In this document: positions 42,601-58,700 of the stretch, one piece after another
Layout of the letters: the number at the start of each line of letters is the position of its first letter
How positions within the stretch are numbered: position 1 is the first letter of the stretch
Source of the DNA: the human T2T-CHM13v2.0 reference genome, Homo sapiens
Length of the DNA: 64,000 nucleotides
Reading direction: 5' to 3' (one strand)
Assembly: GCF_009914755.1 (NCBI RefSeq)
Contig: NC_060925.1
The notes under the pieces: generated by a model
Seen by the model: the letters and a program-made list of their open reading frames with translations, nothing else
The model's database searches: none
What the model was told of the DNA's origin: nothing
Position numbers and translations under genes: made by a program

Positions 42601-45600
42601 GTTCAATGATTATTCCATTCGAGTCCATTCGATGATTCCATTCGATTCCATTCGCTGATGATTGCATTCGAGTCCATGGATTCTTCCATTCCATTCCATT
42701 AGATGATTCCATTCCAGTCCATTCGATGATTCTCTTCGATTCCATTGGATAATTCCGTTTGATTCCGTTTGATGTTGATTCCATTCGAGTCCATTCGATG
42801 ATAATTCCATTCGATTCTATGCGATGATTCCATTCCATTCCATTTGGAGGTGGTTGCATTCGAGACCATTCGTTGATTGCATTCAATTCATTCGATGACC
42901 ATTCCATTCAATTCCGTTCAATGATTCCATTAGATTCCATTTGATGATGATTCCATTCGATTCCATTTGATGATGATTCCATGCGATTCCATTAGATGAT
43001 GACTCCTTTCATTTCCATTCAATGAGGATTCCATTCGGTTCCATTTGATGATGATTCCTTTGAATTCCATTTGATGACAATTCCATTCAATACCAATTGA
43101 TGATGTTTATTTTTGATTCCATTTGATGATGATTACATTCGATTCCATTTGATCATGATTCCATTCGATTCCACTCGATGATTCCATTCGATTCCATTCA
43201 ATGATTATTCCATTTGAGTCGATTCGATGACTCCATTCGATTGTATTCGATGGTGATTGAATTCGAGTCCATGGATTAATCCATTGCATTCCATTCGATG
43301 ATTCCATTCGAGTCCATTCGATGATTCTATTCGATTGCATTCGATAATTCCATTCGATTGCATTCGATAAATCCATTTGATTCCATTTGAGGATAATTCC
43401 ATTTGAGTCCATTCGATGATTGTTCCATTCGATTCTATTCGGTGATTCCATTCGACTTCATTTGATAATGATTCCATTCGAGACCATTCGATGATTCTAT
43501 TCAATTCCATTCAATAATGATTCCATTCGAGTCCATTCAACGATTCCATTCAAGTCCATTCGATGATTCCATCTGATTCCATTCAATGAATCCATGTGAT
43601 TCCATTCTATGATGATTCCATTCATTTCCATCTGATGATGATTCCATTCGATTCCATTCAATGATTCCTTTCGATTCCATTTGATGATGATTTCAATCAA
43701 TTTCATTCGATGATTCCATTCGAATCCATTCGATGATGAGTCCATCCATTTCAATTTCATGACAATTCCATTCGTTTCAATTCGATGGTGTTTCCATTCG
43801 ATTGCACTCGATGTTGATTCCATTAGTTTCCATTGGATGATGATTCCATTCGAGTCCATTCAATGATGATCACATTGGATTTCATTCCATAATTCTATTC
43901 GATTCCATTTGATGATGATTCCATCTGATTCCATTTGATGATCCCATTCGATTGCATTCGATGATGATTCCATTCGCTTCCATCCAATGATGAATCCATT
44001 CGATTCCGTTCAATGATTATTTCATTCGAGTCCATTCGATGATTCCATTCGATTCCATTCGATGATGATTGCATTCGGGTCCATGGATTCTTCCATTCCA
44101 TTCCATTAGATGATTCCATTCGAGTCCGTTCGATGATTCTCTTCGATTCCATTCGATAATTCCGTTTGATTCCGTTTGATGTTGATTCCATTCGAGTCCA
44201 TTCGATGATAATTCCATTCGATTCTATGTGATGATTCCATTCCATTCCATTTGGAGATGCTTCCATTCGAGACCATTCGTTGATTGCATTCAATTCATTC
44301 GATGACGATTCCATTCAATTCCGTTCAATGATTCCATTAGATTCCATTTGATGATGATTCCATTCGATTCCATTTGATGATGATTCCATGCGATTCCATT
44401 AGATGATGACTCCTTTATTTTCCATTCAATGAGGATTCCATTCGGTTCCATTTGATGATGATTCCTTTGAATTCCGTTTGATGACAATTCAATTCAATAC
44501 CAATTGATGATGTTTATTTTTGATTCCATTTGATGATGATTACATTCGATTCCATTTCATCATGATTCCATTCGATTCCACTCGATGATTCCATTCGATT
44601 CCATTCAATGATTATTCCACTTGAGTCGATTCGATGACTCCATTCGATTGTATTCGATGGTGATTGAATTCGAGTCCATGGATTAATCCATTGCATTCCA
44701 TTCGATGATTCCATTCGAGTCCATTCGATGATTCTATTCGATTACATTCGATAATTCCATTCGATTGCATTCGATAAATCCATTTGATTCCATTTGAGGA
44801 TAATTCCTTTTGAGTCCATTCGATGATTGTTCCATTCGATTCTATTCGGTGATTCCATTCGACTTCATTTGATAATGATTCCATTCGAGACCATTCGATG
44901 ATTCTATTCAATTCCATTCAATATTGATTCCATTCGAGTCCATTCAACGATTCCATTCAAGTCCATTCGATGATTCCATCTGATTCCATTCAATGAATCC
45001 ATGCGATTCCATTCTATGATGATTCCATTCATCTCCATCTGATGATGATTCCTTTCGATTCCATTCAATGATTCCTTTCGATTCCATTTGATGATGATTT
45101 CAATCAATTTCATTCGATGATTCCATTCGAATCCATTCGATGATGAGTCCATCCATTTCAATTTCATGATAATTCCATTCGTTTCAATTCGATGGTGTTT
45201 CCATTCGATTCCATTCGATGTTGATTCCATTAGTTTCCATTGGATGATGATTCCATTCGAGTCCATTCAATGATGATCACATTGGATTTCATTCCATAAT
45301 TCTATTCGATTCCATTTGATGATGATTCCATCTGATTCCATTTGATGATCCCATTCGATTCCATTCGTTGATGATTCCATTCGTTTCCATCCGATGATGA
45401 TTCCATTCGATTCCGTTCAATGATTATTCCATTCGAGTCCATTCGATGATTCCATTCGATTCCATTCGATGATGATTGCATTCGAGTCCATGGATTCTTC
45501 CATTCCATTCCATTAGATGATTCCATTCGAGTCCGTTTGATGATTCTTTTCGATTCCATTCGATAATTCCGTTTGATTCCGTTTGATGTTGATTCCATTC

Positions 45601-47621
45601 GAGTCCATTCGATGATAATTCCATTCGATTCTATGTGATGATTCCACTGCAATCCATTTGGAGATGGTTCCATTCGAGACCATTCCTTGATTGCATTCAA
45701 TTCATTCGATGACGATTCCATTCAATTCCGTTCAATGATTCCATTAGATTCCATTTGATGATGATACCATTCGATTCCATTTGATATTGATTCCATGCGA
45801 TTCCATTAGATGATGACTCCTTTCATTTCCATTCAATGAGGATTCCATTCAGTTCCATTTGATGATGATTCCTTTGAATTCCGTTTGATGACAATTCCAT
45901 TCAATACCAATTGATGATGGTTATTTTTGATTCCATTTGATGATGATTACTTTCGATTCAATTTGTTCATGATTCTATTCGATTCCACTCGATGATTCCA
46001 TTCAATGATGTTTCCATTCGATTTCATTGACTATTCCATTCCGTTTCAATCGATGATTCCTTTAAAGTCCATTCGATGATTCTATTCGATTGCATTCGGT
46101 TATTCCATTCGATTGCATTCGATAATTCCATTCTATTCCATTTGAGGATAATTCCATTTGAGTCCATTCGATGATTGTTCCATTCGATTCTATTCGGTGA
46201 TTCCATTCGATTCCATTTGATAATGATTCCTTTCGAGACCATTCGATGATTCCATTCAATTCCATTCAATAATGATTCCATTCGGGTCCATTCAATGATT
46301 CCATTCAAGTCCATTCGATGATTCCATATGATTCCATTCAATGAATCCATTCGATTCCATTCTATGATGATTCCATTCATTTCCATCTGATGATGATTCC
46401 ATTCGATTCCATTCAATGATTCCATTCGATTCCATTTGATGATGATTTCAATCAATTTCATTCGATGATTCCATTCGAATCCATTCGATGATGAGTCCAT
46501 CCATTTCAATTTCATGATAATTCCATTCGTTTCAATTCGATGGTGTTTCCATTCGATTCCATTCGATGTTGATTCCATTAGTTTCCATTGGATGATGATT
46601 CCATTCGAGTCCATTCGATGATGATCAAAATGGATTTCATTCCATAATTCTATTCGATTCCATTTGATGATGATTCCATCTGATTCCATTTGATGATTCC
46701 ATTCGTTTCCATTCGATGATGATTGCATTCGAGTCCATGGATTCTTCCATTCCATTCCATTAGATGGTTCCATTCGAGACCATTCGATGATTCTCTTCGA
46801 TTCCATTCGATAATTCCGTTTGATTCCGTTTGATGTTGATTCCATTCGAGTCCATTCGATGATAATTCCATTCGATTCTATGCAATGATGCCATTCCATT
46901 CCATTTGGAGGTGGTTCCATTCGAGACCATTCGTTGATTGCATTCAATTCATTCGATGACGATTCAATTCAATTCCGTTCAATGATTCCATTAGATTCCA
47001 TTTGATGATGATTCCATTCGATTCCATTTGATGATGATTCAATGCGATTCCATTAGATGATGACTCCTTTCATTTCCATTCAATGAGGATTCCATTCGGT
47101 TCCATTTGATGATGATTCCTTTGAATTCCATTTGATGACAATTCCATTCAATACCAATTGATGATGGTTATTTTTGATTCCATTTGATGATGATTACATT
47201 CGATTCCATTTGATCATGATTCCATTCGATTCCACTCGATGATTCCATTCGATTCCATTCAATGATTATTCCATTTGAGTCGATTCGATGACTCCATTCG
47301 ATTGTATTCGATGGTGATTGAATTCGAGTCCATGGATTAATCCATTGCATTCCATTCGATGATTCCATTCGAGTCCATTCGATGATTCTATTCGATTGCA
47401 TTCGATAATTCCATTCGATTGCATTCGATAAATCCATTTGATTCCATTTGAGGATAATTCCATTTGAGTCCATTCGATGATTGTTCCATTCGATTCTATT
47501 CGGTGATTCCATTCGACTTCATTTGATAATGATTCCATTCGAGACCATTCGATGATTCTATTCAATTCCATTCAATAATGATTCCATTCGAGTCCATTCA
47601 ACGATTCCATTCAAGTCCATT
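36676..47621 (+). repeat. Tandem duplication with a 5,442-bp unit (4 monomers: 1407+1407+1247+1381)
   Basis: ORFs are identical at +5442 (37168/42610, 38453/43895, 40582/46024, 41726/47168). Shared private variants include GCTTCCATCCAA, TTTAAAGTCC and the 75-bp deletion. Confidence 0.92.
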
Positions 47622-49745
47622 CAATGATTCCATCTGATTCCATTCAATGAATCCATTCGATTCCATTCTATGATGATTCCATTCATTTCCATCTGATGAT
47701 GATTCCATTCGATTCCATTCAATGATTCCTTTCGATTCCATTTGATGATGATTTCAATCAATTTCATTCGATGATTCCATTCGAATCCATTCGATGATGA
47801 GTCCATCCATTTCTATTTCATGATAATCCCATTCGTTTCAATTCGATGGTGTTTCCATTCGATTCCATTCGATGTTGATTCCATTAGTTTCCATTGGATG
47901 ATGATTCCATTCGGGTCCATTCAATGATGATCACATTGGATTTCATTCCATAATTCTATTCGATTCCATTTGATGATGATTCCATCTGATTCCATTTGAT
48001 GATCCCATTCGATTCCATTCGATGATGATTCCATTCGTTTCCATCCGATGATGACTCCATTCGATTCCGTTCAATGATTATTCCATTCGAGTCCATTCGA
48101 TGATTCCATTTTCGATTCCATTCGATGATGATTGCATTCGAGTCCATGGATTCTTCCACTCCATTCCATTAGATGATTCCATTCGAGTCCGTTCGATGAT
48201 TCTCTTCGATTCCATTCGATAATTCCTCTTGATTCCGTTTGATGTTGATTCCATTCGAGTCCATTCGATGATAATTCCATTCGATTCTCTGCGATGATTC
48301 CATTCCATTCCATTTGGAGATGGTTCCATTCGAGACCATTCGTTGATGGCATTCAATTCATTCGATGACGATTCCATTCAATTCCGTTCAATGATTCCAT
48401 TAGATTCCATTTGATGATGATTCCATTCGATTCCATTTGATGATGATTCCATGCGATTCCATTAGATGATGACTCCTTTCATTTCCATTCAATGAGGATT
48501 CCATTCGGTTCCATTTGATGATTCCTTTCAATTCCGTTTGATGACAATTCCATTCAATACCAATTGATGATGGTTATTTTTGATTCCATTTGATGATGAT
48601 TACTTTCGATTCCATTTGATCATGATTCCATTCGATTCCACTCGATGATTCCATTCAATGATGATTCCATTCGAGTTCATTGACTATTCCATTCCATTTC
48701 AATCGATGATTCCTTTCAAGTCCATTCGATGATTCTATTCGATTGCATTCGATTATTCAATTCGATTGCATTCGATAATTCCATTCGATTCCATTTGAGG
48801 ATAATTCCATTTGAGTCCATTCGATGATTGTTCCATTCGATTCTATTCGGTGATTCCATTCGATTCCATTTGATAATGATTCCATTCGCGACCATTCGAT
48901 GATTCCATTCAATTCCATTCAATAATGATTCCATTCGAGTCCATTCAATGATTCCATTCAAGTCCATTCGGTGATTCCATCTGATTCCATTCAATGAATC
49001 CATTCGATTCCATTCTATGATGATTCCATTCATTTCCATCTGATGATGATTCCATTCGATTCCATTCAATGATTCCATTTGATTCCATTTGATGATGATT
49101 TCAATCAATTTCATTCGATGATTCCATTCGAATCCATTCGATGATGAGTCCATCCATTTCAATTTCATGATAATTCCATTCGTTTCAATTCGATGGTGTT
49201 TCCATTCGATTCCATTCGATGTTGATTCCATTAGTTTCCATTGGATGATGATTCCATTCGAGTCCATTCGATGATGATCACAATGGATTTCATTCCATAA
49301 TTCTATTCGATTCCATTTGATGATGATTCCATCTGATTCCATTTGATGATTCCATTCGTTTCCATCCGATGATGATTCCATTCGATTCCGTTCAATGATT
49401 ATTCCATTCGAGTCCATTCGATGATTCCATTCGATTCCATTCGATGATGATTGCATTCGAGTCCATGGATTCTTCCATTCCATTCCATTAGATGATTCCA
49501 TTCCAGTCCATTCGATGATTCTCTTCGATTCCATTCGATAATTCTGTTTGATTCCGTTTGATGTTGATTCCATTCGAGTCCATTCGATGATAATTCCATT
49601 CGATTCTATGCGATGATTCCATTCCATTCCATTTGGAGGTGGTTGCATTCGAGACCATTCGTTGATTGCATTCAATTCATTCGATGACCATTCCATTCAA
49701 ATCCGTTCAATGATTCCATTAGATTCCATTTGATGATGATTCCAT

Positions 49746-52700
49746 GCGATTCCATTAGATGATGACTCCTTTCATTTCCATTCAATGAGGATTCCATTCG
49801 TTTCCATTTGATGATGATTCCTTTGAATTCCATTTGATGACAATTCCATTCAATACCAATTGATGATGTTTATTTTTGATTCCATTTGATGATGATTACA
49901 TTCGATTCCATTTGATCATGATTCCATTCGATTCCACTCGATGATTCCATTCGATTCCATTCAATGATTATTCCATTTGAGTCGATTCGATGACTCCATT
50001 CGATTGTATTCGATGGTGATTGAATTCGAGTCCATGGATTAATCCATTGCATTCCATTCGATGATTCCATTCGAGTCCATTCGATGATTCTATTCGATTG
50101 CATTCGATAATTCCATTCGATTGCATTCGATAAATCCATTTGATTCCATTTGAGGATAATTCCATTTGAGTCCATTCGATGATTGTTCCATTCGATTCTA
50201 TTCGGTGATTCCATTCGACTTCATTTGATAATGATTCCATTCGAGACCATTCGATGATTCTATTCAATTCCATTCAATAATGATTCCATTCGAGTCCATT
50301 CAACGATTCCATTCAAGTCCATTCGATGATTCCATCTGATTCCATTCAATGAATCCATGTGATTCCATTCTATGATGATTCCATTCATTTCCATCTGATG
50401 ATGATTCCATTCGATTCCATTCAATGATTCCTTTCGATTCCATTTGATGATGATTTCAATCAATTTCATTCGATGATTCCATTCGAATCCATTCGATGAT
50501 GAGTCCATCCATTTCAATTTCATGAAAAATCCATTCGTTTCAATACGATGGTGTTTCCATTCGATTCCATTCGATGTTGATTCCATTAGTTTCCATTGGA
50601 TGATGATTCCATTCGAGTCCATTCGATGATGATCACAATGGATTTCATTCCATAATTCTATTCGATTCCATTTGATGATGATTCCATCTGATTCCATTTG
50701 ATGATTCCATTCGTTTCCATCCGATGATGATTCCATTCCATTCCGTTCTATGATTATTCCATTCGAGTCCATTCGATGATTCCATTCGATTCCATTCGAT
50801 GATGATTGCATTCGAGTCCATGGATTCTTCCATTCCATTCCATTAGATGGTTCCATTCGAGTCCATTCGATGATTCTCTTCGATTCCATTCGATAATTCC
50901 GTTTGATTCCGTTTCATGTTGATTCCATTCGAGTCCATTCGATGATAATTCCATTCGATTCTATGCGATGATTCCATTCCATTCCATTTGGAGGTGGTTC
51001 CATTCGAGACCATTCGTTGATTGCATTCAATTCATTCGATGACGATTCCATTCAATTCCGTTCAATGATTCCATTAGATTCCATTTGATGATGATTCCAT
51101 TCGAGTCCATTTGATGATGATTCCATGCGATTCCATTAGATGATGACTCCTTTCATTTCCATTTAATGAGGATTCCATTCGGTTCCATTTGATGATGATT
51201 CCTTTGAATTCCATTTGATGACAATTCCATTCAATACCAATTGATGATGGTTATTTTTGATTCCATTTGATGATGATTACATTCGATTCCATTTCATCAT
51301 GATTCCATTCGATTCCACTCGATGATTCCATTCGATTCCATTCAATGATTATTCCATTTGAGTCGATTCGATGACTCCATTCGATTGTATTCGATGGTGA
51401 TTGAATTCGAGTCCACGGATTAATCCATTGCATTCCATTCGATGATTCCATTCGAGTCCATTCGATGATTCTATTCGATTGCATTCGATAATTCCATTCG
51501 ATTGCATTCGATAAATCCATTTGATTCCATTTGAGGATAATTCCATTTGAGTCCATTCGATGATTGTTCCATTCGATTCTATTCGGTGATTCCATTCGAC
51601 TTCATTTGATAATGATTCCATTCGAGACCATTCGATGATTCTATTCAATTCCATTCAATAATGATTCCATTCGAGTCCATTCAACGATTCCATTCAAGTC
51701 CATTCGATGATTCCATTTGATTCCATTCAATGAATCCATGTGATTCCATTCTATGATGATTCCATTCATTTCCATCTGATGATGATTCCATTCGATTCCA
51801 TTCAATGATTCCTTTCGATTCCATTTGATGATGATTTCAATCAATTTCATTCGATGATTCCATTCGAATCCATTCGATGATGAGTCCATCCATTTCAATT
51901 TCATGACAATTCCATTCGTTTCAATTCGATGGTGTTTCCATTCGATTGCACTCGATGTTGATTCCATTAGTTTCCATTGGATGATGATTCCATTCGAGTC
52001 CATTCAATGATGATCACATTGGATTTCATTCCATAATTCTATTCGATTCCATTTGATGATGATTCCATCTGATTCCATTTGATGATCCCATTCGATTCCA
52101 TTCGATGATGATTCCATTCGTTTCCATCCGATGATGATTCCATTCGATTCCGTTCAATGATTATTCCATTCGAGTCCATTCGATGATTCCATTCGATTCC
52201 ATTCGATGATGATTGCATTCGAGTCCATGGATTCTTCCATTCCATTCCATTAGATGATTCCATTCCAGTCCATTCGATGATTCTCTTCGATTCCATTCGA
52301 TAAATCCGTTTGATTCCGTTTGATGTTGATTCCATTCGAGTCCATTCGATGATAATTCCATTCGATTCTATGCGATGATTCCATTCCATTCCATTTGGAG
52401 GCGGTTCCATTCGAGACCATTCGTTGATTGCATTCAATTCATTCGATGACGATTCCATTCAATTCCGTTCAATGATTCCATTAGATTCCATTTGATGATG
52501 ATTCCATTCGATTCCATTTGATGATGATTCCATGCGATTCCATTAGATGATGACTCCTTTATTTTCCATTCAATGAGTATTCCATTCGGTTCCATTTGAT
52601 GATGATTCCTTTGAATTCCGTTTGATGACAATTCAATTCAATACCAATTGATGATGGTTATTTTTGATTCCATTTGATGATGATTACATTGGATTCCATT

Positions 52701-55700
52701 TCATCATGATTCCATTCGATTCCACTCGATGATTCCATTCGATTCCATTCAATGATTATTCCACTTGAGTCGATTCGATGACTCCATTCGATTGTATTCG
52801 ATGGTGATTGAATTCGAGTCCATGGATTAATCCATTGCATTCCATTCGATGATTCCATTCGAGTCCATTCGATGATTCTATTCGATTACATTCGATAATT
52901 CCATTCGATTGCATTCGATAAATCCATTTGATTCCATTTGAGGATAATTCCTTTTGAGTCCATTCGATGATTTTTCCATTCGATTCTATTCGGTGATTCC
53001 ATTCGACTTCATTTGATAATGATTCCATTCGAGACCATTCGATGATTCTATTCAATTCCATTCAATAATGATTCCATTCGAGTCCATTCAACGATTCCAT
53101 TCAAGTCCATTCGATGATTCCATCTGATTCCATTCAATGAATCCATGCGATTCCATTCTATGATGATTCCATTCATTTCCATCTGATGATGATTCCTTTC
53201 GATTCCATTCAATGATTCCTTTCGATTCCATTTGATGATGATTTCAATCAATTTCATTCGATGATTCCATTCGAATCCATTCGATGATGAGTCCATCCAT
53301 TTCTATTTCATGATAATTCCATTCGTTTCAATTCGATGGTGTTTCCATTCGATTCCATTCGATGTTGATTCCATTAGTTTCCATTGGATGATGATTCCAT
53401 TCGAGTCCATTCGATGATGATCACAATGGATTTCATTCCGTAATTCTATTCGATTCCATTTGATGATGATTCCATCTGATTCCATTTGATGATTCCATTC
53501 GTTTCCATCCGATGATGATTCCATTCGATTCCGTTCAATGATTATTCCATTCGAGTCCATTCGATGATTCCATTCGATTCCATTCGCTGATGATTGCATT
53601 CGAGTCCATGGATTCTTCCATTCCATTCCATTAGATGATTCCATTCGAGCCCATTCGATGATTCTCTTCGATTCCATTGGATAATTCCGTTTGATTCCGT
53701 TTGATGTTGATTCCATTCGAGTCCATTCGATGATAATTCCATTCGATTCTATGCGATGATTCCATTCCATTCCATTTGGAGGTGGTTCCATTCGAGACCA
53801 TTCGTTGATTGCATTCAATTCATTCGATGACCATTCCATTCAATTCCGTTCAATGATTCCATTAGATTCCATTTGATGATGATTCCATTCGATTCCATTT
53901 GATGATGATTCCATGCGATTCCATTAGATGATGACTCCTTTCATTTCCATTCAATGAGGATTCCATTCGGTTCCATTTGATGATGATTCCTTTGAATTCC
54001 GTTTGATGACAATTCCATTCAATACCAATTGATGATGGTTATTTGTGATTCCATTTGATGATGATTACTTTCGATTCCATTTGATCATGATTCCATTCGA
54101 TTCCACTCGATGATTCCATTCAATGATGATTCCATTCGAGTTCATTGACTATTCCATTCCATTTCAATCGATGATTCCTTTCAAGTCCATTCGATGATTC
54201 TATTCGATTGCATTCGATTATTCCATTCGATTGCATTCGATAATTCCATTCGATTCCATTTGAGGATAATTCCATTTGAGTCCATTCGATGATTGTTCCA
54301 TTCGATTCTATTCGGTGATTCCATTCGACTTCATTTGATAATGATTCCATTCGAGACCATTCGATGATTCTATTCAATTCCATTCAATAATGATTCCATT
54401 CGAGTCCATTCAACGATTCCATTCAAGTCCATTCGATGATTCCATCTGATTCCATTCAATGAATCCATTCGATTCCATTCTATGATGATTCCATTCATTT
54501 CCATCTGATGATGATTCCATTCGATTCCATTCAATGATTCCTTTCGATTCCATTTGATGATGATTTCAATCAATTTCATTCGATGATTCCATTCGAATCC
54601 ATTCGATGATGAGTCCATCCATTTCAATTTCATGATAATTCCATTCGTTTCAATTCGATGGTGTTTCCATTCGATTGCATTCGATGTTGATTCCATTAGT
54701 TTCCATTGGATGATGATTCCATTCGAGAACATTCAATGATGATCACATTGGATTTCATTCCATAATTCTATTCGATTCCATTTGATGATGATTCCATCTG
54801 ATTCCATTTGATGATCCCATTCGATTCCATTCGATGATGATTCCATTCGTTTCCATCCAATGATGATTCCATTCGATTCCGTTCAATGATTATTCCATTC
54901 GAGTCCATTCGATGATTCCATTCGATTCCATTCGATGATGATTGCATTCGGGTCCATGGATTCTTCCATTCCATTCCATTAGATGATTCCATTCGAGTCC
55001 GTTCGATGATTCTCTTCGATTCCATTCGATAATTCCATTTGATTCCGTTTGATGTTGATTCCATTCGAGTCCATTCGATGATAATTCCATTCGATTCTAT
55101 GTGATGATTCCATTCCATTCCATTTGGAGATGGTTCCATTCGAGACCATTCGTTGATTGCATTCAATTCATTCGATGACGATTCCATTCAATTCCGTTCA
55201 ATGATTCCATTAGATTCCATTTGATGATGATTCCATTCGATTCCATTTGATGATGATTCCATGCGATTCCATTAGATGATGACTCCTTTATTTTCCATTC
55301 AATGAGGATTCCATTCGGTTCCATTTGATGATGATTCCTTTGAATTCCGTTTGATGACAATTCAATTCAATACCAATTGATGATGGTTATTTTTGATTCC
55401 ATTTGAAGATGATTACTTTCGATTCCATTTGATCATGATTCCATTCGATTCCACTCGATGATTGCATTCAATGATGATTCCATTCGAGTTCATTGACTAT
55501 TCCATTCCATTTCAATCGATGATTCCTTTCAAGTCCATTCGATGATTCTATTTGATTGCATTCGATTATTCGATTCGATTGCATTCGATAATTCCATTCG
55601 ATTCCACTTGAGGATAATTCCATTTGAGTCCATTCGATGATTGTTCCATTCGATTCTATTCGGTGATTCCATTCGATTCCATTTGATAATGATTCCATTC

Positions 55701-58700
55701 GAGACCATTCGATGATTCCATTCAATTCCATTCAATAATGATTCCATTCGAGTCCATTCAACGATTCCATTCAAGCCCATTCGATGATTCCATCTGATTC
55801 CATTCAATGAATCCATGCGATTCCATTCTATGATGATTCCATTCATTTCCATCTGATGATGATTCCATTCGATTCCATTCAATGATTCCTTTCGATTCCA
55901 TTTGATGATGATTTCAATCAATTTCATTCGATGATTCCATTCGAATCCATTCGATGATGAGTCCATCCATTTCAATTTCATGATAATTCCATTCGTTTCA
56001 ATTCGATGGTGTTTCCATTCGATTCCATTCGATGTTGATTCCATTAGTTTCCATTGGATGATGATTCCATTCGAGTCCATTCGATGATGATCACAATGGA
56101 TTTCATTCCGTAATTCTATTCGATTCCATTTGATGACGATTCCTTCTGATTCCATTTGATGATTCCATTCGTTTCCATCCGATGATGATTCCATTCGATT
56201 CCGTTCAATGATTATTCCATTCGAGTCCATTCGATGATTCCATTCGATTCCATTCGCTGATGATTGCATTCGAGTCCATGGATTCTTCCATTCCATTCCA
56301 TTAGATGATTCCATTCGAGTCCATTTGATGATTCTCTTCGATTCCATTCGATAATTCCGTTTGATTCCGTTTGATGTTGATTCCATTCGAGTCCATTCGA
56401 TGATAATTCCATTCGATTCTATGCGATGATTCCATTCCATTCCATTTGGAGGTGGTTGCATTCGAGACCATTCGTTGATTGCATTCAATTCATTCGATGA
56501 CCATTCCATTCAAATCCGTTCAATGATTCCATTAGATTCCATTTGATGATGATTCCATTCGATTCCATTTGATGATGATTCCATGCGATTCCATTAGATG
56601 ATGACTCCTTTCATTTCCATTCAATGAGGATTCCATTCGTTTCCATTTGATGATGATTCCTTTGAATTCCATTTGATGACAATTCCATTCAATACCAATT
56701 GATGATGTTTATTTTTGATTCCATTTGATGATGATTACATTCGATTCCATTTGATCATGATTCCATTCGATTCCACTCGATGATTCCATTCGATTCCATT
56801 CAATGATTATTCCATTTGAGTCGATTCGATGACTCCATTCGATTGTATTCGATGGTGATTGAATTCGAGTCCATGGATTAATCCATTGCATTCCATTCGA
56901 TGATTCCATTCGAGTCCATTCGATGATTCTATTCGATTGCATTCGATAATTCCATTCGATTGCATTCGATAAATCCATTTGATTCCATTTGAGGATAATT
57001 CCATTTGAGTCCATTCGATGATTGTTCCATTCGATTCTATTCGGTGATTCCATTCGACTTCATTTGATAATGATTCCATTCGAGACCATTCGATGATTCT
57101 ATTCAATTCCATTCAATAATGATTCCATTCGAGTCCATTCAACGATTCCATTCAAGTCCATTCGATGATTCCATCTGATTCCATTCAATGAATCCATGTG
57201 ATTCCATTCTATGATGATTCCATTCATTTCCATCTGATGATGATTCCATTCGATTCCATTCAATGATTCCTTTCGATTCCATTTGATGATGATTTCAATC
57301 AATTTCATTCGATGATTCCATTCGAATCCATTCGATGATGAGTCCATCCATTTCAATTTCATGAAAAATCCATTCGTTTCAATACGATGGTGTTTCCATT
57401 CGATTCCATTCGATGTTGATTCCATTAGTTTCCATTGGATGATGATTCCATTCGAGTCCATTCGATGATGATCACAATGGATTTCATTCCATAATTCTAT
57501 TCGATTCCATTTGATGATGATTCCATCTGATTCCATTTGATGATTCCATTCGTTTCCATCCGATGATGATTCCATTCCATTCCGTTCTATGATTATTCCA
57601 TTCGAGTCCATTCGATGATTCCATTCGATTCCATTCGATGATGATTGCATTCGAGTCCATGGATTCTTCCATTCCATTCCATTAGATGGTTCCATTCGAG
57701 TCCATTCGATGATTCTCTTCGATTCCATTCGATAATTCCGTTTGATTCCGTTTCATGTTGATTCCATTCGAGTCCATTCGATGATAATTCCATTCGATTC
57801 TATGCGATGATTCCATTCCATTCCATTTGGAGGTGGTTCCATTCGAGACCATTCGTTGATTGCATTCAATTCATTCGATGACGATTCCATTCAATTCCGT
57901 TCAATGATTCCATTAGATTCCATTTGATGATGATTCCATTCGAGTCCATTTGATGATGATTCCATGCGATTCCATTAGATGATGACTCCTTTCATTTCCA
58001 TTTAATGAGGATTCCATTCGGTTCCATTTGATGATGATTCCTTTGAATTCCATTTGATGACAATTCCATTCAATACCAATTGATGATGGTTATTTTTGAT
58101 TCCATTTGATGATGATTACATTCGATTCCATTTCATCATGATTCCATTCGATTCCACTCGATGATTCCATTCGATTCCATTCAATGATTATTCCATTTGA
58201 GTCGATTCGATGACTCCATTCGATTGTATTCGATGGTGATTGAATTCGAGTCCACGGATTAATCCATTGCATTCCATTCGATGATTCCATTCGAGTCCAT
58301 TCGATGATTCTATTCGATTGCATTCGATAATTCCATTCGATTGCATTCGATAAATCCATTTGATTCCATTTGAGGATAATTCCATTTGAGTCCATTCGAT
58401 GATTGTTCCATTCGATTCTATTCGGTGATTCCATTCGACTTCATTTGATAATGATTCCATTCGAGACCATTCGATGATTCTATTCAATTCCATTCAATAA
58501 TGATTCCATTCGAGTCCATTCAACGATTCCATTCAAGTCCATTCGATGATTCCATTTGATTCCATTCAATGAATCCATGTGATTCCATTCTATGATGATT
58601 CCATTCATTTCCATCTGATGATGATTCCATTCGATTCCATTCAATGATTCCTTTCGATTCCATTTGATGATGATTTCAATCAATTTCATTCGATGATTCC

